Source of the DNA: a virus
Lineage: Duplodnaviria > Caudoviricetes
Direction: 5' to 3' (one strand)
IMG/VR virus record: IMGVR_UViG_3300046813_000129
Coordinates: 1-40,576 of that record
Length of the DNA stretch: 40,576 nt
Shown here: positions 1 through 6,776 of the stretch, piece by piece
Layout: every line of letters begins with the position of its first letter
How positions within the stretch are numbered: the first letter of the stretch is position 1
Made by a program: the position numbers and the translations under genes
The notes under the pieces: generated by a model
Database searches by the model: none
What the model was told of the DNA's origin: nothing
The model's input: the letters and a program-made list of their open reading frames with translations, nothing else

Positions 1-415
1 CCCCGAGCTGGCCCCCGAGCTGGCCCCAGAGCTGGCCCCGGAGCTGGTCCCAGAGCTGGTCCCAGAGCTGGTCCCCGAGCTGGCCCCCGAGCTGGCCCCC
101 GAGCTGGTCCCAGAGCTGGCCCCGGAGCTGGTCCCCGAGCTGGTCCCAGAGCTGGTCCCCGAGCTGGCCCCCGAGCTGGCCCCGGAGCTGGTCCCAGAGC
201 TGGCCCCCGAGCTGGCCCCAGAGCTGGCCCCGGAGCTGGTCCCAGAGCTGGTCCCAGAGCTGGTCCCCGAGCTGGCCCCCGAGCTGGCCCCCGAGCTGGT
301 CCCAGAGCTGGCCCCGGAGCTGGTCCCAGAGCTGGCCCCAGAGCTGGCCCCGGAGCTGGTCCCCGAGCTGGCCCCCGAGCTGGCCCCAGAGCTGGCCCCA
401 GAGCTGGCCCCGGAG
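1..415 (-). repeat. 12-bp coding tandem repeat (minus-strand unit CTC NGG GRC CAG = L-[R/W/G]-[G/D]-Q), about 35 units
   Basis: Read directly from the sequence; the array continues at 40390-40576. Confidence 0.97.
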
Positions 416-703
416 CGAAGAGTCCAGGTCGACGCCTGTCGGCGCCGACGCTGGCCCCTTCGCTGTGACCATGCCGCGCAGCGCCCAGTGCATGAGCAGC
501 GCCTGCAGCGGCGACTGCGCCCACAGCACGAGGCGCGGCGGATCGACGCCGATCGCGGAATAGGCGTCGAGCACAGCGGCGCGTCCGAGCTCGACGCACT
601 CGGCATCGTGGCCCGTGCGCGTGCCGATCGCGCGCCACTCCTCGCGGAAGGTCGCGAGCCGCGCTTCCTGCTCGGGGGTGAGCTTGGTGAGCTTGGCCGC
701 CAT
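1..703 (-). CDS. N-terminal part of DUF6745-like repeat protein (joins 40449..39662 across the circular junction, about 496 aa in total)
   Basis: ATG at 703 gives MAAKLTKLTPEQEARLATFREEWRAIG...PPRLVLWAQSPLQA, then LRGQLWGQ repeats. It is in frame with 39662..40576 once the 127-bp overlap is removed. Absent from the ORF track. Confidence 0.85.
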   Translation of the reverse strand, partial: MAAKLTKLTPEQEARLATFREEWRAIGTRTGHDAECVELGRAAVLDAYSAIGVDPPRLVLWAQSPLQALLMHWALRGMVTAKGPASAPTGVDLDSSLRGQLWGQLWGQLGGQLGDQLRGQLWGQLWDQLRGQLWDQLGGQLGGQLGDQLWDQLWDQLRGQLWGQLGGQLWDQLRGQLGGQLGDQLWDQLGDQLRGQLWDQLGGQLGGQLGDQLWDQLWDQLRGQLWGQLGGQLG

Positions 704-705
704 GG

Positions 706-1038
706 TCAGTCGGCCACCTGGCGCGGCAGCTCGCCCGGCTGGTACTCGGCGTGGATGGTGACGCGGTAGTTGCCCGGCGGGATCGCGATCGCCGTGTGCT
801 CCTCGTGCTTCAGCGCGACCGGCGCCGGGCCCATCACGCGCACGAACCGCGCGTCGTCCTCGGTGCGGTACAGCGACGCCGAGCGCGACGGGATGCGGTG
901 CGCGTGCCCGGTGACCTCGCCCTCGGCCAGGACGACGCCGCGCTTGCTCCGCGGCACCTCCACGGCGCCCTTGGGGATCGAATCGACGGCGACGATCAGC
1001 ACGTCTCCTTGGCGATACATCTTCTTGGGGGTGCTCAT
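706..1038 (-). CDS. Conserved RQGDV-motif protein (His-rich, probably small beta/cupin-like metal binder), 110 aa
   Basis: MSTPKKMYRQGDVLI...LAEGEVTGHAH...HEEH...IPPGNYRV. SD-like AGGAGAAAGG lies upstream of the ATG at 1038; the stop is 2 nt before the next start. Confidence 0.8.
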   Translation of the reverse strand: MSTPKKMYRQGDVLIVAVDSIPKGAVEVPRSKRGVVLAEGEVTGHAHRIPSRSASLYRTEDDARFVRVMGPAPVALKHEEHTAIAIPPGNYRVTIHAEYQPGELPRQVAD

Positions 1039-1255
1039 TCTGATTACCTTTCTCCTGTTGCGGTGTTCAGTCGTTGATGCGGTGGGCCCGGCGTGAATCG
1101 AACACGCGACGTGTGCCGTCGAGGGAGAAGCCGCGCGAGCACGAGGGCGCGCGACAAGAGCTCGAGGCCTCGCGCCCGCCAACACGGGCCCTGTAGGTTG
1201 GTGGAGCGAAATGCGGCGCGTTGCGGCCGGTGGGCTGCGTGGCTACGCTCGGGCC

Positions 1256-1579
1256 ATGCGGCAGATCGGTTTGGTCGTGGTAGCGGTGTTGTTCGCGGCG
1301 TGCAGCGATGGGATGGAGCGCCCGCCGGCCGACGGCGCCACGGTCGATGCGCCGGTCGAGCCGCCGCCCCAGGGCACGCGCAACCTGCTCGTCCCCGTCG
1401 GCGCCTCGTGCGAGGACGGCGAGGGCTTCGTGTGCGGCGACGGGGTGCTCGGCGCCTGTCTCGCCGGCGCGTGCCGGCAGCAGTGCAGCGCGACCGTGTT
1501 CCCGCGATGTCCGATGGGGTTCGCCGAGGACAGCGAGACGATCGGCGGTCGCGAGACCTGCGTCTGCACGCCGGGCTGA
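1256..1579 (+). CDS. Cys-rich lipoprotein, 107 aa
   Basis: MRQIGLVVVAVLFAA-C lipobox, Pro-rich linker, 8 further Cys; oriented against its neighbours. Confidence 0.75.
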   Translation: MRQIGLVVVAVLFAACSDGMERPPADGATVDAPVEPPPQGTRNLLVPVGASCEDGEGFVCGDGVLGACLAGACRQQCSATVFPRCPMGFAEDSETIGGRETCVCTPG

Positions 1580-1638
1580 ACCCGCGCGCAGCTTTCGCTC
1601 CGGACGCGGCGTGACTAGCGTGCAGGCTCCCTGAAGTC

Positions 1639-1830
1639 TCACGACCAGAGCCTCGACACCTTCACGCCGAGGACCTCGGCGATCCGCGGCATCTGCTTGG
1701 CGCGGGGCGAGCTCGTGCCGCTCTCCCAGTCGCACCAGGTCGACTGCGCGACGCCGGCGCGCGCGGCGGCGTCACGCTGTTTCAGCTTCCGCCGCAGCCG
1801 CAGCGTCTTGATGTTGTTCGCGAGGTTCAC
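1639..1830 (-). CDS. XRE-family HTH regulator, Cro-like, 63 aa
   Basis: IKTLRLRRKLKQRDAAARAGVAQSTWCDWESGTSSP is a typical HTH_3 pattern. GTG at 1830 is preferred because the longer TTG start lies in the operator/promoter region. Confidence 0.88.
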   Translation of the reverse strand: MNLANNIKTLRLRRKLKQRDAAARAGVAQSTWCDWESGTSSPRAKQMPRIAEVLGVKVSRLWS

Positions 1831-1837
1831 TCCGGAA

Positions 1838-1890
1838 CGAATCGGACATTCCGAACCAGCGGTCAAGCCCGGAATCGGAACGATCGAATG
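1838..1890. promoter_or_regulatory. Two operator sites between the divergent HTH genes
   Basis: GAATCGG-ACATT-CCGAACC (1839-1857) and GAATCGG-AACGA-TCGAATG (1872-1890). A minus-strand TTGACC -35-like hexamer (1866-1861) lies between them. Confidence 0.75.
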
Positions 1891-2394
1891 ATCGCCGGCC
1901 TACAACAGGGTGTGGCCAGGAGAGAAGTGCATCGGCGCGGCCCCGCGTATCCTGTTAAAACTCAATGGCAAGAGGACGTGCGTGCCAGGCTGGCGGCGAT
2001 GGGGATGACGAAGAAAGATCTCGCCCGGAAAATCGGCTGCGCGCAGAGCACGATGAACGACACGCTGACGAACCCGCAGTCCCGCCACTCGAGCCTCGTG
2101 CCGGCGATCCACGCCGCGATCGGCTGGGATCCGCCGCCGGACCCACAATCACCGCCATTGCCCTCCTCGGACGCGGCTGGTTGTCGAGAAGCCCCGTTAG
2201 ATCCGTTGCGCCGCGCATCGCTGCGGGGTGATGCTGATCTGATGGATCGGCGGCGTCCGGTGAGGCGCGTCTCAAAGGCGGAGTTCGTGTGGTTGATGAT
2301 CTCGCTGGCCCGGGTCGATCGGGAGCGATATCGAGAGCTTCGCGACTTCGGCTGGCTGAATGCCGGCCCGCTCGAATCGGACATTCCGAATTGA
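1888..2394 (+). CDS. XRE HTH repressor, CI-like position; C-terminal half doubtful
   Basis: VRARLAAMGMTKKDLARKIGCAQSTMNDTL HTH, divergent from the cro-like gene. No S24 peptidase domain is visible. Confidence 0.7.
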   Translation: MIAGLQQGVARREVHRRGPAYPVKTQWQEDVRARLAAMGMTKKDLARKIGCAQSTMNDTLTNPQSRHSSLVPAIHAAIGWDPPPDPQSPPLPSSDAAGCREAPLDPLRRASLRGDADLMDRRRPVRRVSKAEFVWLMISLARVDRERYRELRDFGWLNAGPLESDIPN

Positions 2395-2433
2395 CCCCTT
2401 GACGGTTCGCTCGCGAATCGGTACATCCGATTC
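2373..2433 (+). promoter_or_regulatory. Rightward early promoter with two operators
   Basis: CGAATCGGACATTCCGAA (2373-2390) is identical to 1838-1855. A perfect palindrome GAATCGG-N5-CCGATTC lies at 2415-2433. TTGACG (2399-2404), 17 nt, TACATC (2422-2427), then 6 nt to the ATG at 2434. Confidence 0.75.
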
Positions 2434-2799
2434 ATGGAGAGCATCGAACCCGTCGTCATTCCCGCGGGCCCCACACCCGCATTCACCCACACCATCGCCG
2501 CGCTGCTGACCGTGCTCGCCACGGGCGGCCTGCTCGTCGGCGCGCTGATCGCCCTGCTGCGCGCGCTTGGCCGCACCGAGCTGGTCCACTACGCCGGAGC
2601 CGCGCACCGCGATCCGGTGGCGTGGCACATGTGCGCGGAGTACCTGCTCGACCCCACCGCCAGCGAGCACGTCCTCAAGTCGCGCGCGCTCAAGGCGGCC
2701 TACGGGTGGGACGTCACGCCGGAGCAGTGCGACTGGCACAAACCCCCGGCCGCCCAGCTGCAGTGGATCCCGGTCATCGAGACCGAGGTTGCGCCGTGA
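2434..2799 (+). CDS. Hypothetical membrane protein
   Basis: One hydrophobic segment; first gene after the promoter; GTGA overlap with the next gene. Confidence 0.7.
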   Translation: MESIEPVVIPAGPTPAFTHTIAALLTVLATGGLLVGALIALLRALGRTELVHYAGAAHRDPVAWHMCAEYLLDPTASEHVLKSRALKAAYGWDVTPEQCDWHKPPAAQLQWIPVIETEVAP

Positions 2800-3137
2800 T
2801 CCAGATCGCCACCCGCCGGACCCTGCTCGAGGTCACGATCTACGCGCCGGCGCGCCCGTCGCCGCAGGAGCTCCTCGCGCTGGGCGTCACCGGCGCCTGC
2901 GAGATCCGCGACGAGGACGCCGGGGTCGACGGCCAGCGCCGGTGGATCATCACCGAGCCGCCCCCGACGCGTTGGCAGTCCGCCGTGTGGGAGCGCGTGC
3001 GGTTGACGCAGACCATCACGGACGCGACCACCGAGATGCTGGTGCAGCTCCACCCGTCGGTCTCCGAGGCCGACCACCGGGAGCTGGCGATCACGTTGGC
3101 TGAGGTGATCGCAAACAAACTGGCAGGTGGCTCGTGA
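2796..3137 (+). CDS. Hypothetical protein, 113 aa
   Basis: GTG start overlaps the previous stop, with GAGG upstream; coupled to the next gene. Confidence 0.7.
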   Translation: MIQIATRRTLLEVTIYAPARPSPQELLALGVTGACEIRDEDAGVDGQRRWIITEPPPTRWQSAVWERVRLTQTITDATTEMLVQLHPSVSEADHRELAITLAEVIANKLAGGS

Positions 3138-3505
3138 CGCGCGAGACCCTCGCCGAGGCCTTCGAGGCCGAGCCGCGCCGCGCCGCGCGCGACATGCGCG
3201 GCGGGCTACAGCCCCTGGTCGAGGTCCCGATCGAGATCGGCCCCTCGCCCGACGAGCGCTTGGCCGCCGCGATCGCGCACCTCGGGCTCGAGCACAAGCC
3301 GGCACCGGACTGGGACCAGGGCATCTGGCGCCAGATCGACACCGCGGCGTGGATCCGCGTCCTCGAGTACTGGGTCGCCGAGGAGCTCACCGACGCCGTG
3401 GTGATCGAGGGACACGGCGACGTCGTGTCGGACGAGATGGTCCAGCGGATCGCCAAGCGCACGGCCCGCGGCGTCGTCCGCATGCTCGGGATCGGTGACG
3501 TATGA
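3134..3505 (+). CDS. Hypothetical protein
   Basis: 4-nt start/stop overlaps on both sides; GC3-rich codons. Confidence 0.7.
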   Translation: MTRETLAEAFEAEPRRAARDMRGGLQPLVEVPIEIGPSPDERLAAAIAHLGLEHKPAPDWDQGIWRQIDTAAWIRVLEYWVAEELTDAVVIEGHGDVVSDEMVQRIAKRTARGVVRMLGIGDV

Positions 3506-3795
3506 GCGCCACCGAGCTCGACACCGAGCACCTCGCCGACGTCCTGGCGGCGGGCGACGGCGCCGCTGTGCCAGCCGACCAGCTGGCCGCGCTCGGCCGT
3601 GCCCATGCCCAGCTGCTCGCCCGGGTGCGCAAGGTCGCGGACCAGTCGCAGATCGCCGTCAACGACCTCGCGGCGGCGCAGGGCGAGGTGGCCATGCTGC
3701 GCGCGGTGATCAGCCACCTGCGCTCGCTGATCACCAGCGGCAAGTTCCGCGACCCGCTGCCCGAGGGCACGCTCGTCCGGGGGGCGGCATGCTGA
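3502..3795 (+). CDS. Hypothetical coiled-coil protein
   Basis: ATGA overlap; helical heptad-like sequence. Confidence 0.7.
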   Translation: MSATELDTEHLADVLAAGDGAAVPADQLAALGRAHAQLLARVRKVADQSQIAVNDLAAAQGEVAMLRAVISHLRSLITSGKFRDPLPEGTLVRGAAC

Positions 3796-4049
3796 CGCTG
3801 TTCCTCATCGTCCTGTTCGCCGGCATCGCGATCGGGGCGGCCGGGACGCTCGCGGTATCGGCCCTCTGGCCGGCCGGGCGATCGGCTGAGCGCCCACGGC
3901 TACCGGCGGCGACCGCGCGGCAAGTGCGCCGCGACATGACCCGCCGCCTGGATATCAGCGCCGCGCTCGCGCGCCCGGCTCCACGCACGTACGACGAGCG
4001 GCACTGGTTGCCGCCGAGCGCCGTAGAATTCGACGAGGAGGCCGAGTAG
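3789..4049 (+). CDS. Hypothetical membrane-anchored protein, 86 aa
   Basis: MLTLFLIVLFAGIAIGAAGTLAV N-terminal TM segment; fills the gap in the operon. Confidence 0.65.
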   Translation: MLTLFLIVLFAGIAIGAAGTLAVSALWPAGRSAERPRLPAATARQVRRDMTRRLDISAALARPAPRTYDERHWLPPSAVEFDEEAE

Positions 4050-4051
4050 CC

Positions 4052-4474
4052 ATGGCGAACCACTGGCGCCAGGTCATCCGCCGGCAGAACCCCGACTTCC
4101 TCTACGCCGAGGACCTCGGGCCACCGGGCACGAAGCTCGACGTCGAGGTCACCGCCGCCAAGCCCGCCAAGGTCAAGAACCCCGGGCAATCGAAGGACGT
4201 CATCGCGCTCTCGTTCAAGGGCAAGAGCAAGAAGCTCGGCATCGGCGCGGCCGGCTGCAAGGCCATGCGCAAGCTGACCGGCACCGACGACTGGGAAGGC
4301 TGGCGCGGCTGGATCACGTTGGTTGTGATCCACACGACGTACTTCGACAACTCGACCCAACAGGAAGAGGAGACCGACGCGATCCGAATCGCGCCCACGC
4401 GCCCACGCGCGAAGGTGCCGAGCACGGGCGCGCCCGCCGATGCGCCGCCCGAACAGCCCCCGGAGGGACGATGA
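4052..4474 (+). CDS. Phage recombination-module protein, possibly ssDNA-binding (OB-like)
   Basis: HW...FLYAEDL...F.GK.K.L...GTDDWEGWRG.I.L...DAIRI pattern recalled from phage proteins next to exonucleases; directly upstream of the exonuclease. Confidence 0.55.
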   Translation: MANHWRQVIRRQNPDFLYAEDLGPPGTKLDVEVTAAKPAKVKNPGQSKDVIALSFKGKSKKLGIGAAGCKAMRKLTGTDDWEGWRGWITLVVIHTTYFDNSTQQEEETDAIRIAPTRPRAKVPSTGAPADAPPEQPPEGR

Positions 4475-5418
4475 CCGACCCCTACGCCACCACGCACGAG
4501 GACTGGGATCCGCCCGCTGACGAGCCGACGCCCGAGGACCTCGAGGCCCCGCGCCACAAGCCGATCGACCCGCGCACGCTGCCTGCGCGCTTCCACCACC
4601 TGCGCGCGGCCGGGGTATCGGGCGCGCACTGCCTGCTCGCCTTCCAGCGCGAGTCGAGCGACTCGCTATCGAAGCGACTGGGGTCCGGCGTGCACGCGAT
4701 CGCGTTCGGCAAGCCTTGGGCGCTGTGGGACCAGCCGAGCGAGGCCTCGGTCAAGCGGCGCGACAAGGCCGAGCGCGAGGGCAAGCCGCTGCCGCCGCTG
4801 ACCCCGGCGCCGCGGTCGGGCAAGGACTGGATCGCGTTCGTCGCGAAGAACGCCGGCGCGGTCATCATGACGAAGTCCGAGCTCGCGGCGGCACAGCGGA
4901 TGGCGTCGGCGATCCTGTCGCACAGCCGCGCGGCCGAGCTCCTGTTCGCGGGCGACCCCATCCATGAGCGCTCGATTGTCTGGGCGCAGAACGGGCGGGC
5001 GCGGCAGTCGACGCCCGACGTGCGCGACGACGCCCGGCTCGTCGAGCTCAAGACGACACGGAGCGCGCACCCGGCGTTCTTCCTGCGCGACGCCGTGAAG
5101 ATGGCCTACCACGCGCAGCTCGCCGACCAGCGCGCCGCCGTCCGTCACGAGACCGGGCGCGCGCCGCGCGAGACCTTCATCGTCGCGGTGGAGAACACGC
5201 CGCCGCACGTCGTGCAGGTGTTCGACGTGCGGTTGAGCGCGCTCAAGGAAGGCGCTCGGCTCGCGGCGCATTGGCTAGAGCGCCTCCAGATCTACGAGAT
5301 GACCGACGCCTGGGGCGGCTACTCGGAGGCCGACGAGCCCTGGGAGATCGTCGACCAGCCCGACAGCCCGTTCCCCGATCCGCAGTGGCTCGCGACCGAG
5401 GAGGTGTCGGCCGGCTGA
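4471..5418 (+). CDS. PD-(D/E)XK exonuclease, RecE/exonuclease VIII C-terminal (DUF3799)-like
   Basis: GSGVHAI, TPD...LVELKTT, YHAQLA and FIVAVENTPPH motifs. Confidence 0.85.
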   Translation: MTDPYATTHEDWDPPADEPTPEDLEAPRHKPIDPRTLPARFHHLRAAGVSGAHCLLAFQRESSDSLSKRLGSGVHAIAFGKPWALWDQPSEASVKRRDKAEREGKPLPPLTPAPRSGKDWIAFVAKNAGAVIMTKSELAAAQRMASAILSHSRAAELLFAGDPIHERSIVWAQNGRARQSTPDVRDDARLVELKTTRSAHPAFFLRDAVKMAYHAQLADQRAAVRHETGRAPRETFIVAVENTPPHVVQVFDVRLSALKEGARLAAHWLERLQIYEMTDAWGGYSEADEPWEIVDQPDSPFPDPQWLATEEVSAG

Positions 5419-5425
5419 TTCGATT

Positions 5426-5540
5426 TGCGCGCGATGCTCTCCAGGCAACGCGCACCCGGGTGGCTCCGGGCTCGACGAGAGTCGAGGCACAGGCCAGCGC
5501 CGGCGGCGGCCCCCCATCGCCAACCTCCCCGCCGTCGGTG
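5426..5540 (+). ncRNA. Cluster of four hairpins upstream of the tRNA-like element
   Basis: TGCGCG/CGCGCA (5426-5454), CCCGGG/TCCGGG (5455-5470), CTCGAC-GAGA-GTCGAG (5471-5486, GNRA loop), and a 12-bp stem 5498-5540 with a C-rich loop. Confidence 0.55.
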
Positions 5541-5543
5541 TCT

Positions 5544-5648
5544 GTCGAGACAGTGTGGATTGGTGACACGCCGCGCGCGGTTCGCATTCCCTCCCCAAGC
5601 ACCTCCAGGGCACGCGCGGAAACGCTGGTTCGAACCCAGCTCTCGACA
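5544..5648 (+). ncRNA. tRNA-like RNA with expanded anticodon arm (no assignable anticodon)
   Basis: Acceptor GTCGAGA/TCTCGAC plus discriminator A; D arm GTGT-GGATTGGTG-ACAC; stem CCGCGCG/CGCGCGG; variable loop AAAC; T arm GCTGG-TTCGAAC-CCAGC. 39 nt replace the 7-nt anticodon loop. Confidence 0.8.
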
Positions 5649-5660
5649 CGGAGGCATTCC

Positions 5661-5942
5661 ATGGACGCTTTCAATCCCAATCGCATCCCGCCGTGCGTGC
5701 GCTCGGCGCTCGACAACTACCGGCTGCACGGCCTCTGGCCCGGCGACACGACGCACCGGCTGCTGACCGGCGACGTGTTCGGCGCGTTCGCGCGCGCCGA
5801 CGACGAGACCCGCGCGGCGATGCCCGCGATCCTCGAATACATCGCTCGCAACATGCCCACCGAGGCGTTCGGGACGCCGGTCAGGGTCCGCACCTGGATG
5901 GACTCGCAGGCCGCGGCACGCATGCGCTCGAGGTCGGCATAA
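5661..5942 (+). CDS. Conserved phage hypothetical protein, 93 aa
   Basis: SD GGAGG at 5650-5654, ATG at 5661. The Y..HG..PG.....L..D...A..RAD...P...FG...V..W pattern is recalled from phage proteins. Confidence 0.78.
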   Translation: MDAFNPNRIPPCVRSALDNYRLHGLWPGDTTHRLLTGDVFGAFARADDETRAAMPAILEYIARNMPTEAFGTPVRVRTWMDSQAAARMRSRSA

Positions 5943-6193
5943 TGGATCGGGATGACACGTCGCTGATCGACCGGCTTCGCCGTCGCGTCGCCGAGCTCGA
6001 GGCGCTGGTCGAGGTCCTGCGCTGCGGCGACCTGGCCGCGTTCATGGACAGCGAGCTTGACCCCGAGCGTATGGGGGCGTTCGCCTCGCACCTCGCGCGC
6101 TGCGAGGGATGCCAACGCGACCGCCGCGGTCACCTGCAGGTGGATGCACGGCTCCGCGCGGCGGCGGCCCCTCGAAAGCCGGGGTTGCCGTGA
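5942..6193 (+). CDS. Stand-alone zinc-binding anti-sigma (ZAS / zf-HC2) domain protein, 83 aa
   Basis: C..LAAFMDSELDPERMGAFASHLARCEGC matches the Hx3Cx2C ZAS motif; TAATG overlap with the previous gene. Confidence 0.78.
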   Translation: MDRDDTSLIDRLRRRVAELEALVEVLRCGDLAAFMDSELDPERMGAFASHLARCEGCQRDRRGHLQVDARLRAAAAPRKPGLP

Positions 6194-6384
6194 ACCGCAT
6201 GCCCGTGCTGTTCCGCGAAGAGGCGATCGTGCCGCGAGAGTTCACCGTGGTAGCCGCCGGTCTGCCCCCCATCCATCGCCGGCGACCGCATCGGCATCGG
6301 CGGCTCGACATCTTCACCCAGCTGCTCGGCGGCCCGTTCCTCGCGGCGTTCGACGCGGGCATCTACGACGACGAGGCCCCATGA
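6190..6384 (+). CDS. Small hypothetical protein
   Basis: GTGA and ATGA overlaps with both neighbours. Confidence 0.55.
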   Translation: MNRMPVLFREEAIVPREFTVVAAGLPPIHRRRPHRHRRLDIFTQLLGGPFLAAFDAGIYDDEAP

Positions 6385-6566
6385 CGCCCGGACGACGAGC
6401 GACGGTCGCGGAGAAGGCTCGCAAGGCGGCCCTGCTCCACCTCGACGAGGGTGTCGAGATCGTGGCCTGCTGCGAGCGCTATGGCGTGGCGCGCAGCGCG
6501 GTGTGGCGGGTCATCAAGGAAGTTCGTGCCGAGTGCGCGGCTGCGAAAGCTCAGGCGGCGCCGTGA
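6381..6566 (+). CDS. Small HTH DNA-binding protein, 61 aa
   Basis: EGVEIVACCERYGVARSAVWRVIK is HTH-like; coupled on both sides. Confidence 0.6.
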   Translation: MTPGRRATVAEKARKAALLHLDEGVEIVACCERYGVARSAVWRVIKEVRAECAAAKAQAAP

Positions 6567-6715
6567 GTCTGCGCCTCCGCTTCTGGCTCGCCGCGCTCGA
6601 TCTCGCGCATCGGGTGCGCGCACCGCGGTGGGTCTATCTGTGGTGCGTCGGGCGCGCGAGCGACGCCATCGATTGGGGCGAGGGCGTCGAGTCCAACGAG
6701 CCCGGACCGTTCTGA
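6563..6715 (+). CDS. Small hypothetical protein, 50 aa
   Basis: GTGA overlap with the previous gene. Confidence 0.5.
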   Translation: MSLRLRFWLAALDLAHRVRAPRWVYLWCVGRASDAIDWGEGVESNEPGPF

Positions 6716-6776
6716 TTCAGGCACTACGCCGGCATGCCGCCGGCGATGCGACAAAGCAACTGACAGGGAGACTGAC

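Noticed and set aside
1-415. CRISPR array or true terminal repeat
   Set aside because: The units are contiguous 12-mers without spacers and are protein-coding. The end duplication fits an assembly overlap.
1095-1113. Fifth operator (GAATCGAACACGCGACG)
   Set aside because: Only one partial half-site matches the consensus.
5544-5648. Ordinary tRNA, intron-containing tRNA or tmRNA
   Set aside because: No register gives a canonical U33-anticodon-purine37 loop. It is far too short for tmRNA and retains a D stem.
5271-5660. N-terminal extension of the 5661 gene (223-aa ORF)
   Set aside because: It has a TTG start inside the exonuclease gene and low-complexity translation. There is a clear SD and ATG at 5661.
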